Shown one piece after another: positions 1 to 24,876 of a stretch of DNA of 64,000 nucleotides. The notes beneath the pieces were generated by a model. That model had not been told where the DNA came from, ran no database searches, and worked only from the letters and a program-made list of their open reading frames with translations. Made by a program: the position numbers and the translations under genes. Origin of the DNA: the human T2T-CHM13v2.0 reference genome, Homo sapiens; assembly GCF_009914755.1 (NCBI RefSeq), contig NC_060944.1; one strand, given 5' to 3'. Positions within the stretch are counted from its first letter, which is position 1; each line of letters opens with the position of its first letter.

Positions 1-981
<981 letters not shown>

Positions 982-2238
982 GATAGTGGAGGGCTTAAGT
1001 CCCACTAGAGTGGGGAAGGAGAACTGGAAGGTGGTAGAAGAGATAGAGGGTGTAGGTGACCCTCATGGGATACTTGCCATTGAAGGGAGGAGAGATGGAA
1101 ACATGAATTTGCAGGAGGGCACTCTGGAGAGACTGATCGTGTGTAGCTGTGGATGGTTCCCAGGCACAGTGTGGTGAGAGTTGGTGGAGAGTGGCTTCTG
1201 AGGAGCAGGAGGAGATGGAGGGGAGGGCTGCGCTGGCAGCGTCAGGAGGGACACAGCCTGCATTGTGACAAGGGAAGGCATGGATTCAGTTTGGCTGCAG
1301 TAGCTGATGGTTTCAATTTTTTATTTTATTTTATTTTATTTTTGAGACGGAGTCTCACTCTGTCACCCAGGCTGGAGTGCAGTGGCGCCATCTCCGCTCA
1401 CTGCAACCTCCACCTCCCGGGTTCAAGCAGTTCTCTGCCTCAGCCTCCCTAGTAGCTGGGATTACAGGCACCCACCACCATGCCCAGCTAATTTTTGTAT
1501 TTTTAGTAGAGATGGGGTTTCACCATCTTGGCCAGGCTAGTCTTGAATTCCTAACCTCGTGATTCACCCGCCCCTGCCTCCCAAAGTGCTGGAATTACAG
1601 GCGTGAGCCACCATGCCCGGCCAGAGATAACTGGTCTGATGGTTTCAATTTGCATTGCAGTTAGAAGCTGGGGAAGACATCCCAGTAAAAGCTGAGAGGT
1701 TGGAGGCAGAGCATCGGCTGTGGGGTCATAGAGAGGAGGCACCATCTGGGTCTTTTGGGAGTGGCACAGTGTGCCTTGGTGGCCACTGAGATGTGAGGAG
1801 GCCTGTCATCCGGCTAGTGACATGGCCAGACAGTGTACTACTGTGAACTTCAACTGTGATAACTGATTAGAAAACATGGAAGAAGTCAGTTTCTCGATCC
1901 CCCAGCCACCAATTCAGAGTCTATTGTTTATTGCAGAACAAAAAAGATAGACACACATTGAGAAATAAGGAAGGCAAGGACGCCCGCGTGCACACAGATT
2001 TGTGGGGTTTGGGGAGTGTGCATGAGGAAAACTGGCTAACGTGATTTCTGGAGGGACTTTGTCACCTAGGATTAGCGTCAGCCATGAGTAAGACAGGCCC
2101 CACGTCACAGTGGCTTCAACAGGCTGGAAGGTTATTTCTTTCACATGAAAGTCCAGAGGAAGGCAGTCTAAGATAGGAAGATGGCTGTGTTCTACAAGGT
2201 TCTCAGAGGCCCAGGATTTATCCAGCTTTTTTTTTTGA

Positions 2239-2397
<159 letters not shown>

Positions 2398-3201
2398 TAG
2401 TAGAGACAGGGTCTCACCATGTTGGCCAGGATGGTCTCGAACTCCTGACCTCAGGTGCTCTGCCCGCCTTGGCCACCCAGAGTGTTGGGATTACAGGCGT
2501 GAGCCACTGCGCCTGGCTCCATCCAGCTTTTTATCCTACGATCCTAAGGTTGTCCTTATGATCCAGGATGGTGGATTGAGTTGCTACCACCATATTCTTA
2601 TTCTGGGAAGTGGAAAGGAGGATGGGACAAAGAAGAGGGTCACATATCAGGCAGTTTTAAGAAAACTTTCCAGAAGCTGCCACATAGCACATTTACATTC
2701 CTTTGGCCAGAACTTAGTCATTCCCTAACTGTAAGAGAGCCTGGGAAGTGTAACCTTTATTTGGGGGCCATCTTTGCAGCCCAAAATCTTGGGCTCTCTC
2801 ACAATGGAAATAGAAGAGAATGTATATTGGGGCATAGCCGGCCATCCTTGCCATGGGGTTTTGTCTTGCTTGAGACAGGGTCTTGCTCTGTCAAGAGCAA
2901 GTACAGTGGAGTGAGGTGATATGATCATGGCTCACTGTACCCTTGACCATCCAGGCTCAAGCAGTCCTCCCGCCTCAGCCTCCCTAGTAGCTGGGACCAC
3001 AGGCATGCACCACCAAGCCTACCTACATTTTGTATTTTTTTGTAGAGGTGGAGTCTCACTATGTTGCTGCCTAGAATGGTCTTAAACTCCTGGGCTCAAG
3101 CGATCTCCCACCTTAGCCTCCCATGGTGCTGGGATTACAGGTCTGAGCCACCGTACCCAGCCGCCACAGGGGTTTTGCCTGGGTCTGGCTTGTAAGGGTG
3201 A

Positions 3202-3450
<249 letters not shown>

Positions 3451-4494
3451 TGAAATGCTTGCTGTGGTCCCCAGGACATGCTCTGGTGTCTGAACCCTCT
3501 CCCCCGCCTCCCAGCCGGGATCTTTGGGCTCACGGCTTTCTCTGCTTAGCTCTGAGGACACTGCTCTCAATTGCTTAGTAAATGTGGGGAGATGGGATCA
3601 AGATGCAGGGAATGGCTAAGGGCCCCAATGCCTGACAACAATGCCTGTGCCTTTGCCCTGGAAGTGATTATTCAGCCTCCCTTCTGTGGAAAGAATAGGC
3701 TGAGCATGAATTGCTCCTGTTTACTGGGCCAGGCCTGTAAGGGTCTTCTTTTTTTTTTTTTTCTTTTTTTTCTTTTTGAGACAGAGTGTTACTCTGTCCT
3801 CCAGGCTGGAGTGCAGGGCACGATCTTGGCTCACTGCAACCTCCACCTCCTAGGTTCAAGCAATTCTCATACCTCAGCCTCCTGCGTAGCTGGGATTACA
3901 GGCGTGCGCCACCACGCCTGGCTAATTTTTTGTATTTTTAATAGAGATGGGGTTTCACCATGTTGGCCAGGCTGGTCTCAAACGCCTGACCTAAGGTGAT
4001 CTGCTCACCTCAGCCTCCTAAAGTGCTGGGATTACCTGCATGAGCCACTGCACCTGGCCTGTAAGGGCCTTCTTTTGGAAGTTTCTATGTGAGACTGTGT
4101 TCATTTATTCATTCCACAAACATTTTTGTGTACTTGGGAATCACACTAGGGGCAGGGAGATAAATGGCTGGGTTTGAATTATTGTTCTTATAGTTCTTAG
4201 CTCTGTGACCGTGGGCAAGTGAGTGAATTTCTCTGTGGTTCAGTTCCTACACCTGTAAAATAGGGACAATTGTTCTGCCTCATAGGAATCTTATGAGAGT
4301 ACTTGGGATTTGGTTCTAGCTGTTGAAGTTTACCATGGTTTCTACAAGATTAAAGTTTGTTTCTGTGTTACGCGAAGTCCTGATGGGCATTTGGGCATTT
4401 GGGGTGGGCATGGTGAGACTCAGACTCCTTCTTTCCTGTGGCTCTACTGCCCTCGAGCTGCAGCCCGGGATGGCTGCTCTAGCTCCCACTTTGA

Positions 4495-4779
<285 letters not shown>

Positions 4780-4833
4780 TGACCTCATGATCACCCGCCT
4801 CGGCCTCCCAAAGTGCTGGGATTGCAGGCGTGA

Positions 4834-5001
<168 letters not shown>

Positions 5002-5405
5002 TAGAGATAGGGTCTCTCTGTGCTGCCCAGGCTGGTCTTGAACTCCTGAGCTCAAGCAATCCTCCCACCTCAGCCTGCCAATGTACTGGGATTGCAGGCA
5101 TGAGCCACAGTGCCCTGTCCATGCCCTTTCCTTTTCCTTTTATGAGGAAGTTGCAGATACGGTACAGTTCTATTGTTGTCCCATTGGTGAGAATTCTGTC
5201 ACATGACATTCCTAGCTGCAGAGAAGCCTGGGAAATATATTATTTAACTATGAAGCCATGTTTCCCACTGAAATTTGTATTATTGTATAAGAAGGATACG
5301 AGTTGAGAGTGGTGTGCACTATGATCATGCCTGTGAATAGCCACTGTGCTGCAGCCTGGGCAACACAACAGGACCCTGTCTCTCTCTTTTTTTTTTTTTT
5401 TTTGA

Positions 5406-5510
<105 letters not shown>

Positions 5511-6294
5511 TGAGTAGCTGGGACTACAGGCACCTGCCACCACACCCGGCTAATTTTTGTATTTTTGGTAGAGACGGGGTTTCGCCATGTTGGCCAGGCT
5601 GGTCTCGAACTCGTGACCCTCAGGTGATCCGCCTGCCTCAGCCTCACAAACTGCTGGGATTACAGGCGTGAGCCACCGCACCCTGCCCAATTTTTTTTTT
5701 TTTTTTTTTTTTTGAGACAGAGTCTTGCTCTGTTGCCCAGGCTGGAGTGCAGTGGTGTGATCTCGCTCACTGCAACCTCCACCTCCTGGGTTTAAGCAAT
5801 TCTCCTGCCTCAGCCTCCTGAGTAGCTGAGATTACAGGCATGCACCATCATGCCCAGCTAATTTTGTATTTTTAGGAGAGCTGGGGTTTCACCATGTTGG
5901 CCAGGCTGGTCATGAATTCCTGACCTCAAGTGATCCACCCACCTTGGCCTCCCAAAGTGCTAGGATTACAGGTGTGAGTGAGCCACCTCGCCTGGCAACC
6001 CGTCTCTTAAAAAAATAAATAAATAAAAAAGGATACAATTAGAATTGAATAACAATTAGACATTTCTGCTACCACATGTTGGGTGCTTGACACAGTGAGC
6101 GCATAGCTGTGGTAGGCCCTCAGCAATGGATGGTGTTAACTGTAGTTAATCATTCATTTAGTTTTTCATTCATTCAACAAACGTCCATTGAGAACCTCCT
6201 CTGTGTCCAGGAGATATTGTAGTTATGGTGATAAATAAGACACATGTCCTTCCCTTAGGGGACTCACAGTCTGGTGTTGATAAGAAAACTGTTA

Positions 6295-6877
<583 letters not shown>

Positions 6878-6898
6878 TTACTGTTTTTTGATTTCTAA

Positions 6899-7280
<382 letters not shown>

Positions 7281-7457
7281 TAGTTGATGGCTGACACCTG
7301 CATGTCAAGTCGCAGCATGCCCCCCAGATTGCTGCTTGTGGTCAGCTGCAGTTCTCCTGTCTCATACTGTGATGCCCCTTGACATAGTCTTGCTTTTTTT
7401 TCATTACTTTACCTTCATCTGTGGCCTCTTCCCACTACTCTGCGGGTATGACCCCAG

Positions 7458-7654
7458 ATGACGAGGATGTATTTCTCTGCGGGAAGTGTAAGAAGCAATT
7501 CAACTCGCTGCCAGCGTTTATGACCCACAAGCGGGAACAGTGCCAGGGGAATGCCCCCGCCCTGGCCACAGTCTCACTGGCCACCAACAGCATCTACCCA
7601 CCTTCGGCAGCACCCACAGCGGTCCAGCAGGCCCCAACTCCTGCCAATCGCCAG
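7458..7654 (+). CDS. ZNF341: ZNF341 exon 3 (197 nt; atypical C2HC finger [10 protein letters not shown]...THKREQC)
   Basis: ccccag|ATGACGAG acceptor; CAG|gtattt donor; ORF 7421..7819 contains the finger. Confidence 0.95.
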
Positions 7655-7659
7655 GTATT

Positions 7660-9400
<1,741 letters not shown>

Positions 9401-9618
9401 CTTCCAGAGTCCTCAGCCGAAAACACGGTTCTGGAGCAAAGACACCCTGGATAGGGGGCTCATAGAAAGACTAAAGGATCCCTCATAAAGGAGGCTGGGC
9501 ATATCTCAGGATGCCAGGTCAAGGGGTCAGATTTTCAACTGGCTTCCTTTTCTTTCCTTATCCCTTTAGAACATTATCTTCATTCATTGTATAGGTGTCA
9601 TTTCTGCCATCACTATGA

Positions 9619-10064
<446 letters not shown>

Positions 10065-10218
10065 TTACCTTTTTTTTTTTTTTTTTGAGACAAGGTCTTA
10101 CTGTCGCTCAGGCTGGCCTTGGCTCACTGCAACCTCCATCTGCCAGGTTCAAGTGATTCTCCTGCCTCAGCCTCCTGAGTAGCTGGGACTACAGACACCC
10201 GCCACCATGCCCAGCTAA

Positions 10219-10555
<337 letters not shown>

Positions 10556-11221
10556 TAGCTGGGACTACAGGCGCGCACTACCACGCCTAGCTACTTTTTG
10601 TATTTTTAGTAGAGATGGGGTTTCACCACGTTGGCCAGGATGGTCTCGATCTCTTGACCTCGTGATCTGCCCGCCTCAGCCTCCCAAAGTGCTGGGATTA
10701 CAGGCGTGAGCCACCATGCCTGGCTGATACAAGGAAGTATTATTACTGAGTCATAGGGTATGTACTTTGCAGAGGGATGTGAGTTATTCTCCTCATTTGT
10801 TTTTTCTTTCATTCCGTTTTTGTTTGTTTGTTTTTAGAGACAGAGTCTCTAAAACCACACCAGCTGCGTGCAAAACCACACCGGCTAATTTTTGTATTTT
10901 TCTTGTAGAGACAGGGTTTCACCATGTTGCCCAGGCTGGTCTTGAACTCCTGGGTTCAAGTGATTCACCTGCCTCAGCCTCCCAAAATGCTGGGATTATA
11001 GTTGTGAGCCACCGTGCCCAGTCTTATCATCCTCATTCAGTAGATGATTAAATGGAGGCACAGAGAGGTAGAGTGACTTGCCCAGGGTCACACAGCAGGG
11101 AGCAGCAGAGGTAGAAATGGAATCCACGTCTGTGGGATTCCAGAACCTGGATCTTTTGTGCCATGCCCTCGGCTTACTTACAGAGCCTGACATGTCCACA
11201 CATGCACACACGCACACATGA

Positions 11222-11458
<237 letters not shown>

Positions 11459-11668
11459 TGATTCCAGACCTGTACATTAACTCCTGCAGATTCAGAATCT
11501 TGTAGAATAAAGGGGGCCTGGCCCCAGCTCTCCCTGATGCTGAGGGAGGCTATCAGCTTTCCCTTGTCCAGCTCTGCTATAGATGGGGAAGCTGCTACGT
11601 CTAGGTGGGGACCCAGAACATGTGGGGCTTTGTCAATACAGTGCAGCTATTTTGACTTTTTTTTTTGA

Positions 11669-11776
<108 letters not shown>

Positions 11777-13015
11777 TAGCTGAGATTACAGGCATGTGCC
11801 ACCACAGCCAGCTAATTTTTTTTTGTATTTTTAGTAGAGACAGGTTTTCTCCATGTTGATCAGGCTGATCACGAACTCTTGACCTCAAGTGAGCCCCCCA
11901 CCTCAGCCTCCTGAAGTGCTAGGATTACAGGTGTGAGCCACTGTGCCCAGCCAATTTTTGTATTTTTAATGGAGACGGGGTTTCACCATGTTGGCCAGGC
12001 TGGTCTCAAACTCCTGACCTCAGGTGATCCTCCCACCTTGGCCTCCCAAAGTGCTGGGATTACAGGATTACAGGTGTGAGCCACTGCACCCAGCCTGACT
12101 TTTGTTTTTGTTCTTTTTTTTTTTTTGAGACAGAGTCTTGCTCTGTTGCCCAGGCTGAAGTGCAGTGGTGCGATCTTGGCTCCCTGCAACTTCCACCTCC
12201 CAGGTCCAAGCAATTCTCCTGCCTCAACCTCCTGAGTAGCTGGGATTACAGGTGTGCGCCACCACGCCCAGCTGATTTTTGTATTTTTAGTAGAGATGGG
12301 GTTTCACTGTGTTGGTCAGGCTGGTCTCAAACTCATGACCTCAGGTGATCCACCTGCCTTGGCCCAAAGTGCTGGGATCACAGGTGTGCGCCACCGCGCC
12401 CAGCCTTGTTTTTATTCTTAACAAGTGTCCCATGTCTATTAGAAAAATAGAAAATGCACAGTAGCTCCCTGGGATTTAAAAAAAAAATTTTTGTAGAGAT
12501 GACCATCTCCCTTTGTTGTCCAGGCTGATCTTGAACTCCTGGGCTCAAGGGATCCTCTAGTGTCGGCCTCTCAAAGTGCTGGGATTGTAGACGTGAGCTA
12601 CTGCACCTGGCCAGGATTTTTTAATACAAAAAAGATCTGTGGCCAAAGGAACCTAAGGTGGAGGTGTTTTACTTCTCCCCTTGCTGTGTCCCTGGATTCT
12701 TCCTGCCATATAGAAATCCTTTTGATTTTCTCAACCGAGACTTTTTTTTTCCCTGTTTGGGAACCCAACGAACACAGTGAAGAAGAGGACCCCGTGTCCT
12801 TTATGAAATGCTGATCAGCATCATGTTTTTATTTTTGAGACAGCGTCTCACTCAGGTCACTCAGGCTGGAGTACAGTGGTAGGATCATAGCTCACTGTAA
12901 CCTCAAACTCCAGGGCTCAAGCAATCCTCCCTGCTCAGCCTCCTGAGGAGCTGGGACTACATACATGGTGCCAACATACTTGGCTAATTTTAAAAAAAAA
13001 TTTTTTTTTTTTTGA

Positions 13016-13120
<105 letters not shown>

Positions 13121-13123
13121 TGA

Positions 13124-13488
<365 letters not shown>

Positions 13489-13621
13489 TAGCCAAGTTTC
13501 TATGTATAGACATGTAGGTCATTGCTGTTTTTTGCTTTTATGAAAATGGCTGGAGTCACTATCCATAAACAGACATCTTTGCCCACCTGCTTGATTTTTT
13601 TTGTAGCATAAATTTCTAGAA

Positions 13622-14975
<1,354 letters not shown>

Positions 14976-15521
14976 ATGAATGAGGTCATTTTTGCCTATT
15001 TTCTTTTCTTTTTTTTTTTTTTTTTTGAGATGGAGTCTTGCTCTGTCACCCAGGCTAAAGTGTGGTGGTGCAATCTCCACTCACTGCCAGCTCCGTCTCC
15101 CAGGTTCACACCATTCTCCTGCCTCAGCCTCCCGATAGCTGGGACTACAGGCGCCCGCCACCACGCCCGGCTAATTTTTTGTATTTTTAGTAGAGACAGG
15201 GTTTCACCATTAGCCAAGGTTGTCTCGATCTCCTGACCTCGTGATCCGCCCGCCTCAGCTCCCAAAGTGTTGGGATTACAGGCGTGAGCCACTGCGCCCG
15301 GCCATTTTTGCCTACTTTCATAGGGAAAAGGGATAGCAGCACCAAGCTGAGGCTTCCTTCGAATTCTCCCATGACTTTGTTTCCCCAACCTCTCTTAGCC
15401 CCTCTCCTGAGCTGTCTGGTAAGTAGCTGTTTTTCCACCTGGCTGGCTAAAGCAAATGTCCTTCCTTCCTGATAAATAAGACAACTGGTATCAAGAGGCT
15501 ATAACACTTTTTCTTTTCTGA

Positions 15522-15887
<366 letters not shown>

Positions 15888-16129
15888 TGAAAACCAGACC
15901 CGGTCCTGGCCTTCATGGGGTGTACCACATCACAGGGGAGAAGGACTTTAATCAAAGCATCACACCCACAGATGTAAGATGCAAGCCATGAGAAGGTGGA
16001 ATGGAGTACAGGTTGTAGCAGAAATATAAGCTGCCTGCAGGTAATGCTCAGAACAGTCAGAGAATGCCTACCTTTTCAGGCAAAAAAAAGAAAAAAGATT
16101 CAAAAAAATTATCTGCCTGAGTGTCTCTT

Positions 16130-16625
16130 ACAGTTTTTAATAAGCTAGGTGTATCAGTTAGCTATTGCTGGGTAAGAAATATCCATCAGGCATCAGTGGC
16201 ATATACCAAAAGTGTTTATTATTCACGTGTTTACAGTGGTCAGCTAGACAACTGCGGATCTTGGCTGGGCTCACTCATATGTCTGAACGTTGGCTGGCTG
16301 TCAGCTGCTCTAGGATGGCCTGGGCTGGGACAAGTGGGGTGACTCAGCTCTGTTCTGCGTGACTCTCATCCTCCACTAGGTTCTCATGGCCATGGTGGAG
16401 GTGCAAAAATGCAGACAGAAATGCCCAAGGCCTTTTGAGGTTTAGGCTTGTAAGTAACACAGAATCACTTCTATTGGCCAAAGCAGATCACAAGTCCAGC
16501 TTAGATAGCGCAGGTAGGGAAATAGATGCCACCTCTTGATGGGAGGAACTGCAGAGTCACACTGCAAAGGCTTGGGTACAGGGAGGGGCAAAGAATTGGT
16601 GCCATAATACAATCAATGTACCATA
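16130..16625 (-). mobile_element. Old MLT1 (MaLR) LTR; similar MLT1 relics at about 2050-2830, 4300-5280, 19800-20270 and 30085-31170
   Basis: tgtatcagttagctattgct start; ctattggccaaagca..tcaca..cagct and gggaaatag..ccacctcttgatggga motifs. Confidence 0.6.
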
Positions 16626-17281
16626 CTAATTCCCTGCCAATGAGCTCTAAGTTATAGGCCATCTACTTGAAATGCACTGAGTTCATAGAACCTTCCAAGA
16701 CACCAGTGCTAGAGGGTATGGTTATGACAGAAACAACCCACCTGCACTAGAAATCACACTAACTCAGACTCACCATAGAATCCAGCCACAGACATCCCCT
16801 GTCAGGTAGTCTCTTTATGTAAAGAGAGCCCAGACCAGTGGGAAGATCCCACCACGAGGCATTCACGTGATGTTCTGAGGGGCTGCGAGGGGATTTGCCC
16901 TACCCTGGGAGAATAGAACAAGCTTCTCTAGGGAATTTATTGCATTGAGAAAAAGTTAAGTTAGTGGGATGCTGAGATAATGCTGGTGGCTTGTGGTAGT
17001 CAGAGGGGACCAGCCCAGAGAGGACCAGCACAGAAGGAGCTGCTGCTGTTGATTTTCCATGTAGATGAGGGTATTTGAGGGCAGGGTCTGAGTCTTACTA
17101 GACTTTGCATCCTTAGCACCTAGCAGAGCACTCCTAGAGTAGATATCTTACATTGGACTGTCTGACCTCAGTCTGCGCTCCTCTAAAATGGGAACTCTCC
17201 TGAAAAGCTGTTGAGGATAATAAGAGCCTATGCCAGTGGCAGTCACATTAATTACTCAGTAATGCCTTGAGTGATGGCTGA

Positions 17282-17649
<368 letters not shown>

Positions 17650-17698
17650 TAGAAACCAGGCAAGGTATTTCTGCAGAGGGATGTTTTTTCTTTTCTAA

Positions 17699-17878
<180 letters not shown>

Positions 17879-18184
17879 TAGCTTTCTATTTATTTATATT
17901 TGTCTGAAATATTTTTTCAACTTTGGGCTTTTTGCTGAGTTGAATTCTTTTTTTTTTTTTTTTTTTGAGACTGAGTCTTGCTCTGTCACCCAGGCTGGAG
18001 TGCAATGGCATGATCACGGCTCACCACAGTCTCGATCTCCCAGGCTCAGATGATTCTCCCACCTCAGCCTCCTGAGTAACTGGGACTACAGGCATGCACC
18101 ACCATGCCCATCTAATTTTTTTAATGTTTTGTGGAGATGAGATCTCCCTATGTTGCCCAGGCTAGTCTCAAACTCTTGTGCTCA

Positions 18185-18418
<234 letters not shown>

Positions 18419-18421
18419 TTA

Positions 18422-18583
<162 letters not shown>

Positions 18584-18657
18584 TCAGAATTCATTTGGTA
18601 ATTTCTCGTGGCTTCAGTTCTCAGTGAAGAGAAGCCTGCTACTCTGGCATTGGGTAG

Positions 18658-18846
<189 letters not shown>

Positions 18847-19503
18847 TGAGTAGCTGGGATTACAGGCACACACCACCATGCCTGACTTAATTTTTGTATT
18901 TTTAGTAGAGATGGGGTTTCACCATGTTGGCCAGGCTGGTCTCAAACTCCTGACCTTAGGTGATCTGCCCACCTTGGTCTCCCAAAGTGCTGGGATTACA
19001 GGTGTGAGCCACCAGGCTCAGCCACCTAGTTCTCTTAATGCTAGCAAAGTACCACTGATAAGAATAGACAGGGCAAATAATAACAGCTAATGTGTATTGC
19101 ATGCTCACTCTATGCCAGTCACTGTTCTAAGCCCTTTATATGTTGCTTCATTTAATCTTCACAGTAACCGCATGAGAGGGGTACTATGATGAGTCCCATT
19201 TTACAGATGTGGAAACTGAGACAGAGAAATTAAAAAGATGCCTAAGGTCACTTCGGTGCTAAGTGGAAGAGTCAAGATTTGAATCCAGGCAGCCTGGCTC
19301 CATAGCTGTTCTGGCCTCCTGGCTTCATGAAGTTCTAAGGGAGCTTGGGAGTGGCTTGGGTGACCGGGCCAGGTGGAGGGGCTGTGATGGTGATGTAGGG
19401 GAGAGCGGCTGAGGTCAATCAGGGAGGCAGGGAGAGTGCCCCTGGCTGGGAGCTCTTCCCCTTCCCTGGCAGGGCTTTTTCCCTGACTGTGTTGTCCTCC
19501 TAG

Positions 19504-19803
<300 letters not shown>

Positions 19804-21025
19804 TAATAGAAAATTCAAAATATCAATGACTTCAAAATGATAGAATTTTGTTTCTCTCCTGTGTAAGTCAAGGCCAGAAGCCAGACAATCTGGGGATCAT
19901 GTGACTGCATGGGCACCAGGCACCCTCGTTTCTTCTGTCTTTCTGTTTCCACCACCTCCAGAACATGGTATCAGTTATCCTGGTGCCTCATTGTCTAAGA
20001 TGGCTGCTGGAGCTCCAGTCATCACTTTAATATTCCAGGCAGTAAGAAGAAGGGAAAGAGAAGGATAAAAGGGGCTTCTCCCAGCTTCTAGAAGTTCTGT
20101 TTGATATTTTTGCTCATATCTCATTGATGAAAACTTAGTCACATGGCCATACCTAGCTGCAAGAGAAGCTGGGAAGTGTCTATTTTGGCTAGGGACATTG
20201 ATATTCCCATTATGGGATTTGTGAGGAGTGAAGAAGGAGAGAGTGGATATTAGGCAAGCAGTAGTATCTGCCATCCTAATGCAGATGCTAAGTATGGGGT
20301 GGGAGGTGGTGTCAGAGCAGGCAGCAGATGGAGAGGATAGAAATTGAGAATTTTTCAGTGGCTTTCCAGTCAACTACTCCTCCCCTTCCTTCCTTCCACA
20401 ATGATGTATTGAGCATCTGTGTGCCAGGCCCCATGTCAGGCACTGGAATCTAGTCTCTTGGTCTATGATTCCTTCTGCCTTCAGTTTAATGGAAGAGACA
20501 GACAGGGAATAAATAAATAAATATTTCTGGGTTGCTCCAGGAAGGAGGTTAATGGGTCTTATGATTGAGAATAACTAGGGAGAGGCTGGAAAATGATTCT
20601 ACCTATTCATGTGGGAGGAGAAGGAAGCAGCCTTGTGGGTATCTGTGGGACAAGCATTCCAGGCAAGGGGGAACAGCAGGTGCAAAGGCCCGGAGGCAGG
20701 AACATGCTTGAAGTCTTTTAAGGTTAGCAAGGTTAGCTAGGAGTCCACTGCAGCTGGATGGAGAGAATGATGAGGTTGTCAGGAGTAAGGGGATACAGAG
20801 TGCTGTGGGCCATGGCAAAGAGCGTGGATTTGATTGTAGGGCAGAGGGGAGCCTTTGAAGGATTCATCTTGCTTTCCCAGCTGGAGCATGTCCTGGGCTT
20901 TCCTCTCCAGGCCCTGTGAAGCTCTCCCATGTCTCCTCCCTGGCCTGTGTATGGGCATAGACTTCCCTGGGGTATGGATTGTCTGGCTCAGATACAGTAG
21001 TCAGAGGCTGCCCTTGGTGCCCTGA

Positions 21026-21400
<375 letters not shown>

Positions 21401-22110
21401 TAGGGGAAGAAAAGCACTGAACCCAGAGGGGTTTCACAGATGTGTTAGTGCTGTCTTAGGCCTCCCCTCTGCAGAACAGGCTGGCCTACCAGGGCTGCCA
21501 TACTCTGCAAATAGGACTCTGTGAGCTCTCTGCTCACTCCAGACTAACCATGCAGGGATCCCTTCTGGGCCTTGGTTTTTCCATCTGTGGAAGGGGAGGC
21601 TGGGCTTGTTCATTTCTCACACAGTGAAATGCACTGGTACATGAGATGATTTTTTTTGAGACTGAGTTTCACTCTTGTTGCCCAGGCTGGAGTGCAATGG
21701 TGCAATCTCGGCTCACTGCAACCTCTGACTCCTGGGTTCATGTGATTCCACTGCCTCAGCCTCCCGAGTAGCTTGGATTACAGGCATGCGCCACCACGCC
21801 CGGCTAATTTTGTATTTTTGGTAGAGATGGGGTTTCTCCATGTTGGTCAGGCTGGTCTTGAACTCCCAACCTCAGGTGATCCACCCGCCTCGGCCTCCCA
21901 AAGTACTGGAATTACAGGTGTGAGCCACCGTGCCTGGCCGATGAGATGATTTTTGGTGGTTCATGAATATGGGGTTGAAAAGTTCTGAAAAATGTAGTGG
22001 GAAAATTATTCCCTTTGCAATTTCAGTCCTTAGGAAGTCATAGAGAAAACCTCAATTTGGTATAATTGGTCTTTAGCACCTTTGGTATACATGCTCGTCT
22101 CTTATAACAA

Positions 22111-22158
22111 AAGGAGAGAGAGAGAGAGGGAGAGAGAGAGAGAGAGGGAGAGAGAGAG
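22111..22158. repeat. (GA)n microsatellite with GG interruptions
   Basis: visible directly in the sequence. Confidence 0.9.
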
Positions 22159-22204
22159 AACAAACCTCACATTCCAGCCATGGCTGGCAACAGCTTCTAT
22201 CTAG

Positions 22205-23260
<1,056 letters not shown>

Positions 23261-23975
23261 AGATCTTGCATTTTTTTTTGTTTACTTTATGATAAGTGGT
23301 TTTCCACATAGAATAACAAAAATAAGCCTTTTTTAAAGATTATTTTATTTTCATTTATTTTATTTTTAGAGACAAGGTCTCACTCTGTCATCCAGGCTGG
23401 AGTGCAGTGGCATGATCATAGCTCATTGTAACCTCCAACTGATGGGCTTAAGTGATCCTTCCGCCTCAGATTCCCAAAGTGCTAGAATTACATACGTGAG
23501 CCACAAAATTATTTTAAGTTTTAAAAAAGTGAGTTGATTTGAAGAAAAATGTTAAACTGTGGTACAAGTGCTGTGCTGTGACAACTTGAATGTTTTTTGC
23601 TTCAAATGACAGAAGTCCCTATTTATTTATTTATTTATGAGATGGAGTCTCACTCTGTCACCCAGGCTGGAGTGCAGTGGCGCAATCTTGGCTCACTGCA
23701 ACCTCCGCCTCCTGGGTTCAAGCAATTCTCCTGCCTCAGCCTCCTGAGTAGCTGGGATTATAGATGCACACCACCACACCCAGTTAATTTTTTATCTTTA
23801 GTACAGACAGAGTTTCACCATGTTGGCCAGGCTGGTCTCGAACTCCTGACCTCAAGTGATCCACCTGCCTTGGCCTCCCAAAGTGCTGGGATTACTGGCG
23901 TGAACTACTGTGCCAGGCCAGAAGTCCTCATTTAAATGGGCTTGAACAATTAGGAAATGTTCTGTCACAGTATGA

Positions 23976-24422
<447 letters not shown>

Positions 24423-24876
24423 TAGGGAACGCCATGCTTCCCACACCTCTCTTCTGCCGCTTCACAGGTTTTATTGCTAGCTGTGTGACCTTGGGCAAAC
24501 CCCATGACCTCTCTGGGCTTCAATCTACCTTTATCTATAAAATGTGGCATAAGATGAAAGGAAGGATGACAAACATACAACATGTGTGGCATTACTCTAA
24601 TACTGTACCCATGGCAGACATCACTATTCAATCACCTACCCATTTTTTGCTGAGCCTGGATCTCACCTCAGAATCTTTTTTTTTTTTTAACTTATGAGTT
24701 ATTTCTGGAATTTTCCATTTAATATTTTCAGACCATGATTGACTTTGGGTAATTGAAATCATGGAAAGCAAAACTGCAAGTAAGGGGAGACTACTATAAA
24801 ATAAAAATTTATGATCCCCTACTGTTAAAATAAATGAATGAATAAATAAATAGGGGATAAAAGAAAGCCCTTTCTT

